Source of the DNA: Ginkgo biloba
Taxonomy: Eukaryota > Plantae > Ginkgophyta
DNA length: 24,240 bases
Assembly (NCBI GenBank): GCA_024626585.2
Contig: JANKJI020000004.1
Span: forward strand, 178,428,886-178,453,125
Direction: 5' to 3'
A program made the translations under genes and the position numbers. The notes beneath the pieces are model-generated. The model had not been told where the DNA came from, ran no database searches, and worked only from the letters and a program-made list of their open reading frames with translations. Positions 12,031-22,809 of the stretch are shown here, in pieces; position 1 is the first letter of the stretch, and each line of letters starts with the position of its first letter.

Positions 12031-13063
12031 CTACCTCAAATCTTAGCAACCACTGATCCTAAAGGAATTAGATAGAAATACAATTATAAATGTAATCTAA
12101 TTAAGTAGTATAGCTCAACATTATTGAGAGATTTAAAACTAATATTGTCATCATTATTAGATTTCTTAATGTACCTAGTAATAAAGTAGGGGGTAGAAGA
12201 TGAGTAGATAACATCATCACTTGGGTAGTGACTGGTGTTGAAGTTTTAACTAAGGATAAAGTGCTAAGGGAATGAATCATTTAGAAATTAGGAACAAAAA
12301 TTAAACCTATAAGAGACCTACCTAAGGATATTACTTATTCTTAAACTTGTTATTGCTACTTCTTCCTTGTGCTAGTAACTATGATTGACTTATTAAGAAT
12401 CTTCTTCTTTCTCTCATGAGGGACCAAGAAGCCATTCTATACTACCAAAGAGGTCATAGGAGGATAAGATAACTTATTCTTCACCCATAGATCTATCTAT
12501 TATGAAAGGATCTTAACTAACATATACTACATTAGTCACAATGGGTAGTTTAGAATAGTAGAATTTAGATCTTTAAGGTGAGCCTAGGCCACATGTTGTA
12601 CTTAGGCCTACTACTGAGAAAGAAAGACTAGTAGATTTTAAACACTTATATCCTAAATTATGATTATATTCATATAGGCCTAGGGTTGTGTTAAAGCATG
12701 AACTTATTCATACCAATAATTTTATCCTTAATATCAACCTTCAGTGAACAAAAGGTGTAAACTACTAATTCTTTGGTCTCCCCTTTAAGGTAAACTTGGC
12801 CCCATAGGATGCTTACTATTAATCTAGCTATGGCCATATTTCCTTAATAAANNNNNNNNNNNNNNNNNNNNNNNNNNNNNNNNNNNNNNNNNNNNNNNNN
12901 NNNNNNNNNNNNNNNNNNNNNNNNNNNNNNNNNNNNNNNNNNNNNNNNNNNACCTCACTCTAATGGAAAGAGACCTAGTTATCCGATAGCCTAATGGCCT
13001 GATAGCCCAATTTTTGAAAAATAATGAAGTGTTAAAAATTCAAAATTGTAGGTACGTGTTGGA

Positions 13064-13140
13064 AAACTCCTCCTTTAACATTACTTTATATTCAAATTTT
13101 TAAATTTATATACTATAGTTAGCTAAACTCCTCCTTTAAC
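13064..13140. repeat. 16-bp exact direct repeat aaactcctcctttaac
   Basis: Copies at 13064-13079 and 13125-13140. Confidence 0.9.
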
Positions 13141-13312
13141 TAATATAACTTAGATTTTAAACTTAAAAGTTAAAGGATTACCCCCATTTCACAATGTTTG
13201 ATGAGGTTCTCAGTAACTCCTGGAAATTAATAAAAAAATTGGACTCCAGACAATCTCAACTTCCAGCCTTAATAGAAAAATTATTATTTTTTAGGCAATT
13301 GTGACTTTTATT

Positions 13313-13640
13313 ATAACTTTTGATCCACAACTCTATTTTATGTCCNNNNNNNNNNNNNNNNNNNNNNNNNNGTTGGAAAGTATACAACTTTCCCCTGATG
13401 GATCTTTTTCCTAATTCTACTAAGATATTCCTGAATTTTTCTCAAGTTGGCCTTTTAATTAAAAGGGTAACGACAACAAGGTCCTAGATTTGAATCAAAG
13501 CATAACTTTTGAACCATAACTCTATTTTTTGTGCTGTTAATTTTCCTGTAAAGTTATTTTAAAACTCTACAATTTATTCCTTGAGGACTTTTTCTTCAAG
13601 CTAAACAAATTTCTCTAAATTTAGATTGCAAGTTAGGACT
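13313..13640. repeat. Diverged ~185-189-bp tandem unit, two copies
   Basis: ataacttttgatccacaactctatttt at 13313 vs ataacttttgaaccataactctatttt at 13502; second anchors tacaactt (13383) / tacaattt (13568) and caagtt further on. Confidence 0.7.
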
Positions 13641-16119
13641 TTATTAAACAATATTTTACTTTTGGATCCGAAAAAATGGATCAATTTTTTTTAATTTTTC
13701 AAAGTTTTATTAGGGTTAGGTGCATTTTCTACTTTGATTCAGGGANNNNNNNNNNNNNNNNNNNNNNNNNNNNNNNNNNNNNNNNNNNNNNNNNNNTAAA
13801 ATCCTATCTCACTTCGGTATTCTTTCTCACAACCGAGCTTGTTTATGACCAAAAAGTAACCTACAATATCTCATATTGGCTTCAATAGCATCTCTTAAGA
13901 GTTTCTTCTCAACTAAGCCTTTAAACATCAGTGTATAGCACCTTTATAATTTTTTCTTGATGGTGTATTCATAGACCACCCATGATATTTTTTAAAACCT
14001 CCTTGCAATATCAAACACATCCCTACAACCAACTCCTTTTATGGCCTCATGACCCACAAAACTGATGATCACACCCCATTGCATTTAAGCATTCCATAAA
14101 ATCTTTCACCTTTAACACCGTTAGAATATCCACATTAAATCTCTTCCCCTATGGACTACGATTTCCCTCCTAGTGTGGTACATATATCACAAGCACCTCC
14201 TACGAGGTATCTTCCCAGTCTCAACATACCTTGTGGCCTCAACAACCCCTGCAACACTTTCCAATGGATGATCATGTGCACCTATAACCCGACAATGGTT
14301 TTTTCTACCTTCATGGCCTTTTGGTGTCTCACCATCCTAACACCTAATTCTATTATATTTGAAGCTCTAAACAGTATTCCATGATCTCATAGATCACTTG
14401 TAATCAAATCCCATAGGTATNNNNNNNNNNNNNNNNNNNNNNNNAAATAATGATTCATTCATATTTTTCAACATAAATCACAAGTTGTATCAATGAATTC
14501 ATCATCGATTTCACCATTAAACATGTACACAAACCAATTTCTCAACCACTAAAAATACTAGAAAGGATTTCTCTTGTAGAAACCACGTACAAACATGTTC
14601 AAACATAATATTTCACGGGAAAAATAACACGAACAATCCCAAATAATTTTAATGAACAAGCTTAATCACNNNNNNNNNNNNNNNNNNNNNNNNNNNNNNN
14701 NNNNNNNNNNNNNNNNNNNNNNNNNNNNNCCTTATATATGATACCAAATATAGAAAATGAATGATATAATTTGTCTAGCATCCAAAAAATAAACATAGAT
14801 AGTAGAACTTGGTAGAATTGGTCTACTAACATTTTATTAACTCTACATTTTTCATGAGAAAAATATACCACTTTAGAAGTTTTGTAGTTGGTGTAAAAAT
14901 ATCTGGTCTTACTAACAAAGAAATCCCTTCAGGTTGTGCCTCCTCGAATTAGAATCTCCCAATAATATATCTAATATCCATATCAAAAATCCATAATATA
15001 TCAATATAGATCTTAATAATCACAATGGATATTACCTAATCCCATGAAATAATAAAGGTACATACTTGAGTTCAAGATATCAAAGAGTGACAATATGTGG
15101 AAGTAGGATAAAGATAAAATTTGAATTATATGTTAGAAATGAATTTTGGATGCCCTTATACACTCAAAATGGGTTTTCTTAGCCTTAATTATAGCCTACC
15201 TTCTAGTGTAATAACTTATTGCAAACATAGCCTACTACATGTCTCTTANNNNNNNNNNNNNNNNAATCATAATTATATCATAATTAACCATAACCATTCA
15301 TAATGGTTTAGGGACATAATAGATATATTTATGAGGATTTTAAAAAATGTGGTACCTTTTATACCTATTTAAAATAAGACATAATGTTTCCAAATGATCA
15401 TGAAGTTTATAAGACTTAACCATTCATAATGACCATTTTGTATAGGTAATAGGTAATATGATTTATGCATCGAGAAGTTTTTGAATTTCCTTCTTGATAA
15501 TTTTAGCTAATTGTGGTTTGATTGGTGTTTATTTTTGTTTTATGTGTTTGGCATCAAGATAGGTTTCTATATGGTGTGATATGAAGTTAGGATCCTTCCT
15601 TGGCATTTCATCATAGGGCTAATAAATAATATCATGGTACTCTTTGCAAAGAGATATGAACTATTTATCCTCTTAAGGGGTACAATCAACTCTAATAAGT
15701 AACTCCTTAGGATTGTCATTTTTGGATATTTTGATATCATGGGTTTCACTAATATTCATTATATTTTCCTCCTCAAAAGCTTCAAGAGAAAAAAACTAGA
15801 AATATCTAAGGAATGGAAAGCTTTTGAAAGGAAGAGGAAGTGATAATAAAGAGAACCTATGTGGGTTGAATGTGATCAATCTGTATGATTTGAATCTTTT
15901 CTCATAGATTTTCTACTAACCCAACCTTTAATTCAACAATTTAATTTCTTAAATTTTCACATAAGGGCATCCAAACCTAATATTGGAAGATATATATTCC
16001 ACTATTCCCCTTGGTTATTATGTTGATAATTCACTTATGAATTCTTATACTAGTAGTAAGTTAAATAGTGAAGGAGGCTCACATGATGCCAAAGAGGCCC
16101 AAAAGGTTTATATCCCTGG

Positions 16120-17258
16120 TTTTCCATGAGGTATATCCAATTATCCTCATGTAAACTTTAATACTAAGCATTTAAAATACATATTAGAGAGTATTTCTAA
16201 TCTAACTTTGATAGGTTATTTCTTGGGACACACTCCTACAGAGTTTGTCTTAAGAGCATGGATCAAAGAAGTCTGGGAAGTACATAATTAAAAAGTTATT
16301 TCCATCTATTATCTAACTAGGTTATTTTATTATTTCACTTTATAAAATCCTAAAATGAGTTAGTATGTTCTTATCATAGGTATATGGACATGTCAAAGGA
16401 AACTTCTAGTGTGGCGCTACTAGTCCCCTAGCTTCTCTATTTAAGAGGTTGTTTCCTTTCACTACTTGATTTGGGTCAAATTACCTAGTATCCCCATGCC
16501 ATATTGGGCATTTTTTATCACCATATTCTCACCTAAAGGTACCTTCCTATGCTATGAACCCCACAAGGTTTTCAACCTGAGGCCCAACTGTTAGTTTTGC
16601 ATAGATGTAGAGCTCTCAAAATAACTCAAAAGTTACCTGTATATCCGATGTAGAGATTTTGTATTCGTTTATCCATTGAAGTGTATGGAAATACACATTA
16701 TGTTATTTAGGTAACATAGTGTTGAGTATAATATTATAGACTTCCTTGAATAAGAAGGATCCCTCTTAGACCCAACAAGATAAACTAATTGATAATGCCT
16801 CTCCATCAAATAATCCCTTACCATCTAAAACCTCATATGAAGAAGATACATGGAAAAAGGATAAGCCTAAGGGTAATCCCAATATATCCAAAAATTATAG
16901 AATAGTAAAATATAATGAAATATATTCTAAGGCATATATGGTTGGTGCCAAAAGTGCAGTTCTTAAAGTCCTTAGTAAGCCCATAATATAGGAAGAACCA
17001 AACAAAGTGAGGATAAAATTAAGGTATCTAAGGTAAGAGAGATATTTCCCCATGCTTATGAAGCACACTATACTACTATATACTCAAATCGTATCCAAGG
17101 GAGACAAAAAACCTACAACCTTAGACCAATTCTTAGAATCTCAAGGTAAGAGACTTAGGGATGATATTTCTTTGAAAAATGATTTTGAGATTCTAGGGGA
17201 TGAAACATTGTCAGACCATGAGGGAATGGAGGTCGAAACAGTACCCCACTCCCAATGA
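16120..17258 (+). pseudogene. L1 ORF1 (DUF4283-like + eroded zinc knuckle)
   Basis: From 16208: LIGYFLGHTPTEFVLRAWIKEVW...Y*SPSF...IWVKLPSIPMPYW...FCIDVELSK*L; C-terminus NDFEILGDETLSDHEGMEVETVPHSQ* ends at 17258. Confidence 0.85.
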
Positions 17259-18854
17259 TTAATTGTTTCTATTGGAATGTGAGGGNNNNNNNNNNNNNNN
17301 NNNNNNNNNNNNNNNNNNNNNNNNNNNNNNNNNNNNNNNNNNNNNNNNNNNNNNNNNNNNNNNNNNNNNNNNNNNNNNNNNNNNNNNNNNNNNNNNNNNN
17401 NNNNNNNNNNNNNNNNNNNNNNNNNNNNNNNNNNNNNNNNNNNNNNCAAGATGGGAAGGGGGAAGTCTCTATTTTACTTCCCCCTTCCTTGGAAAAAAAA
17501 ATGATAGAGTGAGGTCTCAAACCCACTAGAAGGTGGCCTAGATTCTACTAAATTTAGATAGCAAGGTTCTCATAATAGACAATATTTATACCCAAAACTT
17601 ACCTTTGGATCGAGTCAAACATTTGGAAAATACTTAAGGAGAATTTTTTTCCAACCTCTTATGTCCTTTATTGATACTTAAACAAGGTGGAGGAAAGGAA
17701 ATATAGGCTTAAGGGATGACCTCTGAGATGGAATATAGAATAAAGGGATGGTTGGAAGGGGATCAAAGGGAATCTAGGGATATATAATCCTAATAATTTT
17801 AGAAAAGACTCTTCTTATGATCTCTAGTTTACTTGGTTAAATTTCAAACACAAGCATGATTGAATCCTCAAAACTATTGATAGAGTTATGATCTCAAGGT
17901 ACAACCTATTTAGAGTACAAATTAATTCAAGAAATATAATTAAGGTAATTATTCATGCTTCCATGTTGGATCATAGTCCCATCTCCTTCTAGATTGCCTG
18001 GGCAGAGAACAAGCAGCGTGGAAAGAGCACCACCTTTAAAATGATTTTTTCCCATCTGCAGCTTCCTAGTTGTCTTGCTGATATCAAGCTCATTTTCCAT
18101 TTGCTTCCCAAGCTGTTGGGAGATAGAGGCTAGATTAAGTGGTGGAACCAAGCCATTGCCAGAGTCACTTCCTACTTTTGAGGATATGGTAAACATATGC
18201 ATCCATACGAAGGAAAGTTGAAAGGGAGGTTAATAAGGATATTTCTTGGACTAAGAAAATATTAAACGAGTCTCCATTTGATGAAGTTTTATAGTCCAAA
18301 GTAGCCAAGCTCACTCATGGCGCAAAAAGTAATGAAGCCAGAAAAGTAAAGGGAGCACAAATTTGAGCAAGATTGCACTAGCTCAAATTTGGATATAGGC
18401 CCTCTAAGAAATTATTTTAAGCACTCAAGAAGAAGAAAATATTATAATAAATCCATGCCATTAAGAAGGACAATAATAGAATTACATCTACCTAAGGCAT
18501 TGTCCGTACATTCTATGAACAATATGAGCAAATCCTTCATTCTTCATGTCAGTCCCCAAAGTGCTTGGAAACCATAAAATATTGCAAGAGTATTGTGCCT
18601 ACCAAACTAATTCATGCCCAGGCCAAGCATTGTGATGCTCTAATTGACTTAAAAGAACTTAGGAAGATCTAGAGGAGATGGCTAATAAAAAATCCCATAG
18701 ATTATATGACTTTCCATGTGAATTTTATAAAGTCACATGGGACTATATCAGCCCCGTCTCTCTCAAAGTTTATAAGGAGGCCTTGAGGTCTAGATCAACT
18801 CTAGGCCCCACATTAAATCAAGGCATCATCAAATTCATCCCCAAACCAAGGGAC
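17255..18854 (+). pseudogene. L1 ORF2: APE-type endonuclease and N-terminus of reverse transcriptase
   Basis: MINCFYWNVRG start; GKGEVSILL; NIYTQN; FTWLN...KTIDRV; LDHSPI; FKM..SHL; RT start MANKKSHRLYDFPCEFYKVTW...LGPTLNQGIIKFIPK. Confidence 0.92.
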
Positions 18855-18995
18855 TGTGAACCAATGGTAAGCCTTCTTGGATTGGCCTTGATTTGNNNNN
18901 NNNNNNNNNNNNNNNNNNNNNNNNNNNNNNNNNNNNNNNNNNNNNNNNNNNNNNNNNNNNNNNNNNNNNNNNNNNNNNNNNNNNNNNNNNNNNNN

Positions 18996-19540
18996 CCCCA
19001 TAGAAACTCTTCATGTCAGAATCCCAATAAGAGGAGCCAAAAGAACATATGGAACATGAAGAAGAAATCACAAGACCTGACGAAGCAGGAACAAACCATG
19101 AGCAAACATGTGAATACAAAGAAGAAGAACATAAAAATCTACCAAGGATAGAAACTAGGGATCCTAAGATTTCATTTGCATCTATGACAGGAAGAGGAAG
19201 GTTGGATACATTTTAAACAAACTGATAAATCAAGAAGTGCAAGGTACTAATCATGGTAGACCTAGGGAGCACTCAAAATATTCTTAACATAAGACAAGTA
19301 AAGAGGCTAGGACTATACCTAGATAGTAGTGAAAAGTTTCCTATAATCGTCCCAGGAAACTTGCAAATCACATGTGAAGGGGTGGTACAGAATGTTGAGA
19401 TTAGGCTAGGGGATTACACCTTAAGGGATGATTTTTATGTCACCAAGATCGAAGGAGTGGATGCAGTACTAGGAATACAATGGCTATACGAGCTTGGAAC
19501 ATACAGTACAAATCATAAGGAAACTTTCCTCAAATTCCAA
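18996..19540 (+). mobile_element. Ty3/gypsy (chromovirus-type) gag acidic tail + aspartic protease pseudogene
   Basis: Acidic linker EEPKEHMEHEEE..., ISFASMTG...TF, KVLIMVDLGSTQNIL (catalytic DSG mutated to DLG), DDFYV..IEGVDAVLGIQWLYELGTYSTN. Confidence 0.92.
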
Positions 19541-19672
19541 AGGACTACTAGACCACTTGATTGACCCCTGGCATCCTTAACTATCATGGAGAAGTCCTTC
19601 CATATGGTTTGGGTTAATCCTTATAATTCTCTCCTTCATTTTTGTTTCTTGTATCATTTGACACTCATGGGG
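19531..19672 (-). mobile_element. Second L1 endonuclease fragment
   Basis: Minus strand reads MIQETKM (QETK at 19640-19651) then, after a frameshift, IWKDFSMIVKDARGQSSGLVVLWN, matching the L1 EN QETK and G.SGGL..LWN motifs. Confidence 0.85.
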
Positions 19673-19689
19673 GGTGGTGATATGGGTCA

Positions 19690-20250
19690 CTTTCTAAATG
19701 GTAATTAGTACTATTGATATATTTATGGTTGAAGAGGTATGTAGTATAATTAGTGTCAAGTGGATATATTTAGTATGGAATAAGCATTGGATGCCATATG
19801 GTGAATTCAAGAAAGGTAAGGCACTTATGGTTTGAATCAAGTATGTTATAGGTAATAGATAAAGGGTTATAGATGATGGGTATGAGGAATTATCCCATGC
19901 ATTAAGGATATGTGAGTTAGGGTTTATATGGTAAAAACCTAGGTCTTTAAAAGTGGAAAATGACATAATAGATATGGTCGAGCCTTCATTGACTATATAT
20001 CTCCATACTTTACGATGGCTGATCTGAACCATAATCTTGAAAGGTTTAGATGGTCTACTTAAGAATAGAATACATATCAAAGGACATAATATTACATAAG
20101 GGTGTTTTGGTTATCCCTAAGGATTGTAAAATTTGGGATCTTAATATAAGAGCTTGTTACAAAATCTCTAGCATGGTAATGTCAAAAGGAGATCAATAAA
20201 AATTGATTATATAAACGTTAGGCCATAGATGTGGTAATGTATTTTATGAT
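19690..20250 (-). mobile_element. Tat/Ogre-type aspartic protease remnant
   Basis: KPFKIMVQISHRKVWRYIVNEGSTISIMSFSTFKDLG...ILNAWDNS...LPIT; catalytic D appears as N; upstream I.F.DLLLTLP linker motif. Confidence 0.8.
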
Positions 20251-20491
20251 CTATAGGATAATATAGGAATTTTTAAAGTTGTATCAAATTAGTTCACGTT
20301 GGATTTTNNNNNNNNNNNNNNNNNNNNNNNNNNNNNNNNNNNNNNNNNNNNNNNNNNNNNNNNNNNNNNNNNNNNNNNNNNNNNNNNNNNNNNNNNNNNN
20401 NNNNNNNCAATAGTGGGGTAACTTCTGTTGTATTTGGTAGGAGATACCTCCTACGGTTCCTCCAACGCATTGTTGCTAAACAAGTGATTGA

Positions 20492-20514
20492 TGTTGTTGT
20501 TGTTGTTGTTGTTG
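20492..20514. repeat. (TGT)7 microsatellite in gag 5' region
   Basis: tgttgttgttgttgttgttgttg; poly-Gln or poly-Asn/Thr on the minus strand depending on frame. Confidence 0.95.
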
Positions 20515-20737
20515 CTTTTGGGTGTTATTGGCCCAGTTGTTCAGTTCTTGTGCAAAGCCCCTCCTTATTATGGCATCTAGGTCTCTTCTTTGGCATCGGA
20601 ATTTGCTATTTTCTTGTCAACATCTGTTAGCATCTTTGCAACTTGTGGCATAAGAACTTATTCTTGCTCCATGGTTTTCTTAATTTGTTGTTGAGTGTTG
20701 ACCATCGGCGAATATTTTCACAGGATTGTTGCTAGAA

Positions 20738-20747
20738 TCTGATACCA
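20738..20747 (-). promoter_or_regulatory. Primer-binding site, initiator tRNA-Met type
   Basis: Minus strand ...ccttaCA-ag-TGGTATCAGA. Confidence 0.9.
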
Positions 20748-21206
20748 CTTGTAAGGTCCCCAAATGGGCACTTAATAATGATACTAGTAAATAAATGACA
20801 TTTCAGCTAATAGCCACACAAACATATGCAATGTTGGCAATAATGACATGCTTGTAGAAGAATCTCAATGTTCACTATTGGCATGATATGCTTAATCTAA
20901 AGATAATAAGTTAATAATATTTCCATCAACACATCCATTTGAAGCTAAAAAAAGAAATAGATAATGAAATAAGGTCTTTATAACCTTAGGGATAGTGAAG
21001 GTAAGCATATATTATCGGTGGATAATGGAGCATATGGGGATATGTGAACTAACAAATTAATGGTGCTAGATTCACAATATTTATAATATGCTTGGTTAAT
21101 TACATCCACGAATGTTAAAGTGTCTATTTAGAACGATAATATGAGATATAAAAGGGTCAAATAACCATAGAAGTATGTGTTAAATGATCACAAAGTGGTA
21201 ATGCAT

Positions 21207-21340
21207 CAAAAGGGTTAACTTAGAGGTGCTAAAAATCGTAATGTTATAGTATCTGAATTTTAATGGTAAGAAACTCAAAGAATGACTATAATGAGGATCC
21301 TTATATGTAGCAAAACGGTTAACTTAGAGGTGCTAAAAAT
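21207..21340. repeat. 30-bp direct repeat within the LTR
   Basis: caaaa[g/c]ggttaacttagaggtgctaaaaat at 21207-21236 and 21311-21340, one mismatch, 104-bp spacing. Confidence 0.92.
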
Positions 21341-21350
21341 GGTGATAACA

Positions 21351-22015
21351 CCATCATCATTGATAACAATAAATCCTTTTTACAATTTACACATCAATGA
21401 GATGTGTCAGAAGTTCTATATTACTCATCAAACTTATACACCCTATTATCTATAATATAATGGTCAAATTGAAGCCTTTAATAAGACCTCAGTAAATATT
21501 CTTAAGAGAATTTTCAAATAGTCTAGTCAAGACTAGCATCTCAAGGTATTTCCTTCCCTCTAGGATTATAAAACTTCTCTACGTACTCCTACAGACATGA
21601 TGTCCGTCTTCCTAGTCTATGGTGCTAAATAATATCTTATGCTCAAGATTGAGATTATTTCTTTACAAATATCAACTAAGGAATTCTTGGATTAAGACTC
21701 CTTCAAATCTTCCTACCTTGTAGAATTAGAGGAGCTCGACAAAAAGAGGTTCTTTACATGTCGTCATTTGGATGCCTATCATGACCATAGTTGACCGGCC
21801 TATGATAAAAAGGTTAGACACATGGAATTCCTTCATGGGAGATAATATTATTAATCTTGACTACCTTTTTTATAGAAAAATAAAGTTTATCCCCAAGTGG
21901 ATTGGTCCCTTCATTATTCTAGAAGACCTCTAGAATGGCACCTACTAATTTTTCACTTTGTATAGTCGGGAGTTTCATCATCTTGTGAACTCTCAATTCC
22001 TTAAACTATAATACC
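21351..22015 (+). mobile_element. Decayed Tat/Ogre-type integrase (core C-half + GPY/F region)
   Basis: IIIDNNKSF...CQKFYITH..YTPYYL*YNGQIEAFNKT...D*HL...L*DYKTSLRTPT...LVYG...ELDKKR...AYDKKVR...KFIPKWIGPFII...GTY...VNSQFLKLY; no chromodomain follows. Confidence 0.94.
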
Positions 22016-22240
22016 AATATCATTTTAAGATAAATTTTTCACATGTATATACCAATAAAAAACTAAAAAAATATTATAAACACATAAAAAATATATACGA
22101 TAAAAAATCTGTGTGTGTAATATATTTTCGTAATTGGTACAATACAATGTTGTCTCTCATCTGACCAAATATCTATTTGGTTTACAAATATGTATGTACA
22201 TATACAAAACGTATGTATGTATCTGCAAGAAAGTTTATGC

Positions 22241-22558
22241 TCAGTGATGCCCATGGATCAAGTCACTCTTCCTAGCTCCCTCTCCTCTCTGCATGCTCAT
22301 CCTCGTCTGCTCGCTTAGCCAGCTCTAGCCGGTCCTCGAGGAAGCTCCTCGTACCCGTCTCAAAAGTGCGACCTTCGCTCAAAGTTGCACATTCTCCTCT
22401 AGTAGAGCCTGATCGTGCTCTAGTGCTTGGATAGTTGGTGCAAAAGCAGTTGTGACTGGACGAGCCACAACTGGATACCCCCTATCCACGAAAGGTTTAG
22501 CTAGATCTCCTCTCGCATAATAGAACATATCCTCGAAGATAGCCCGTACTTGTGCCAC
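22241..22558 (-). pseudogene. 3' end of an unidentified GC/CpG-rich ORF, antisense to the integrase
   Basis: 106 codons from the gap to TGA: VAQVRAIFEDMFYYARGDLAKPFVDRGYPVVARPVTTAFAPTIQALEHDQALLEENVQL*AKVALLRRVRGASSRTG*SWLSEQ...GHH*; two internal stops explicable as CGA>TGA and CAG>TAG. Confidence 0.5.
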
Positions 22559-22809
22559 TNNNNNNNNNNNNNNNNNNNNNNNNNNNNNNNNNNNNNNNNN
22601 NNNNNNNNNNNNNNNNNNNNNNNNNNNNNNNNNNNNNNNNNNNNNNNNNNNNNNNNNNNTAAGTCTTCCACTTAGGGACCATGTATCTACTATTAGGGTT
22701 GTTATAAGAATAAAAACTATTCACCTCACTAAACAAAATACCAAACCTCCCTAAGAACAAAAATCATCCTCTTTAATACCTAATAATGCATAAAAAAAAA
22801 ATAGCTCAA

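Larger units (their letters stand above)
16120..18854 (+). mobile_element. Decayed L1-clade LINE, 3'-truncated in the RT domain
   Basis: ORF1 followed by ORF2 endonuclease and start of RT, collinear on the plus strand; 5' boundary approximate. Confidence 0.93.
20408..21350 (-). mobile_element. 5' end of an LTR retrotransposon: 601-bp LTR (20750-21350), PBS and gag start
   Basis: Plus strand tgtaaggtccc (20750) to ggtgataaca (21350) gives TG...CA; PBS 2 nt inside; minus-strand ATG at 20705 gives MVNTQQQIKKTMEQE, a gag-like start; integrase homology begins at 21351. Confidence 0.85.

Noticed and set aside
14071-14384. Open frame including the 77-aa ORF MDYDFPPSVV...
   Set aside because: No recognisable motif; length is within chance expectation for a C-rich strand.
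14960-15250. Possible Cys-containing DNA-transposon-like remnant (..RNEF/GCPY..)
   Set aside because: Needs several frameshifts and has no diagnostic motif.
18678-19151. 157-aa ORF that looks like an RT fusion protein
   Set aside because: Joins LINE RT, a probable LTR end, a 100-N gap and an out-of-frame gypsy linker; not a real gene.
19667-19690. ggggggtgg-tg as polypurine tract plus LTR start
   Set aside because: Lies between L1 endonuclease and protease homology on the minus strand; no LTR follows.
22447-22488. Two adjacent hairpins (8-bp cagttgtg/cacaactg and 6-bp tggata/tatcca)
   Set aside because: Short stems that overlap by 2 nt, expected by chance; no structured RNA family recognisable.
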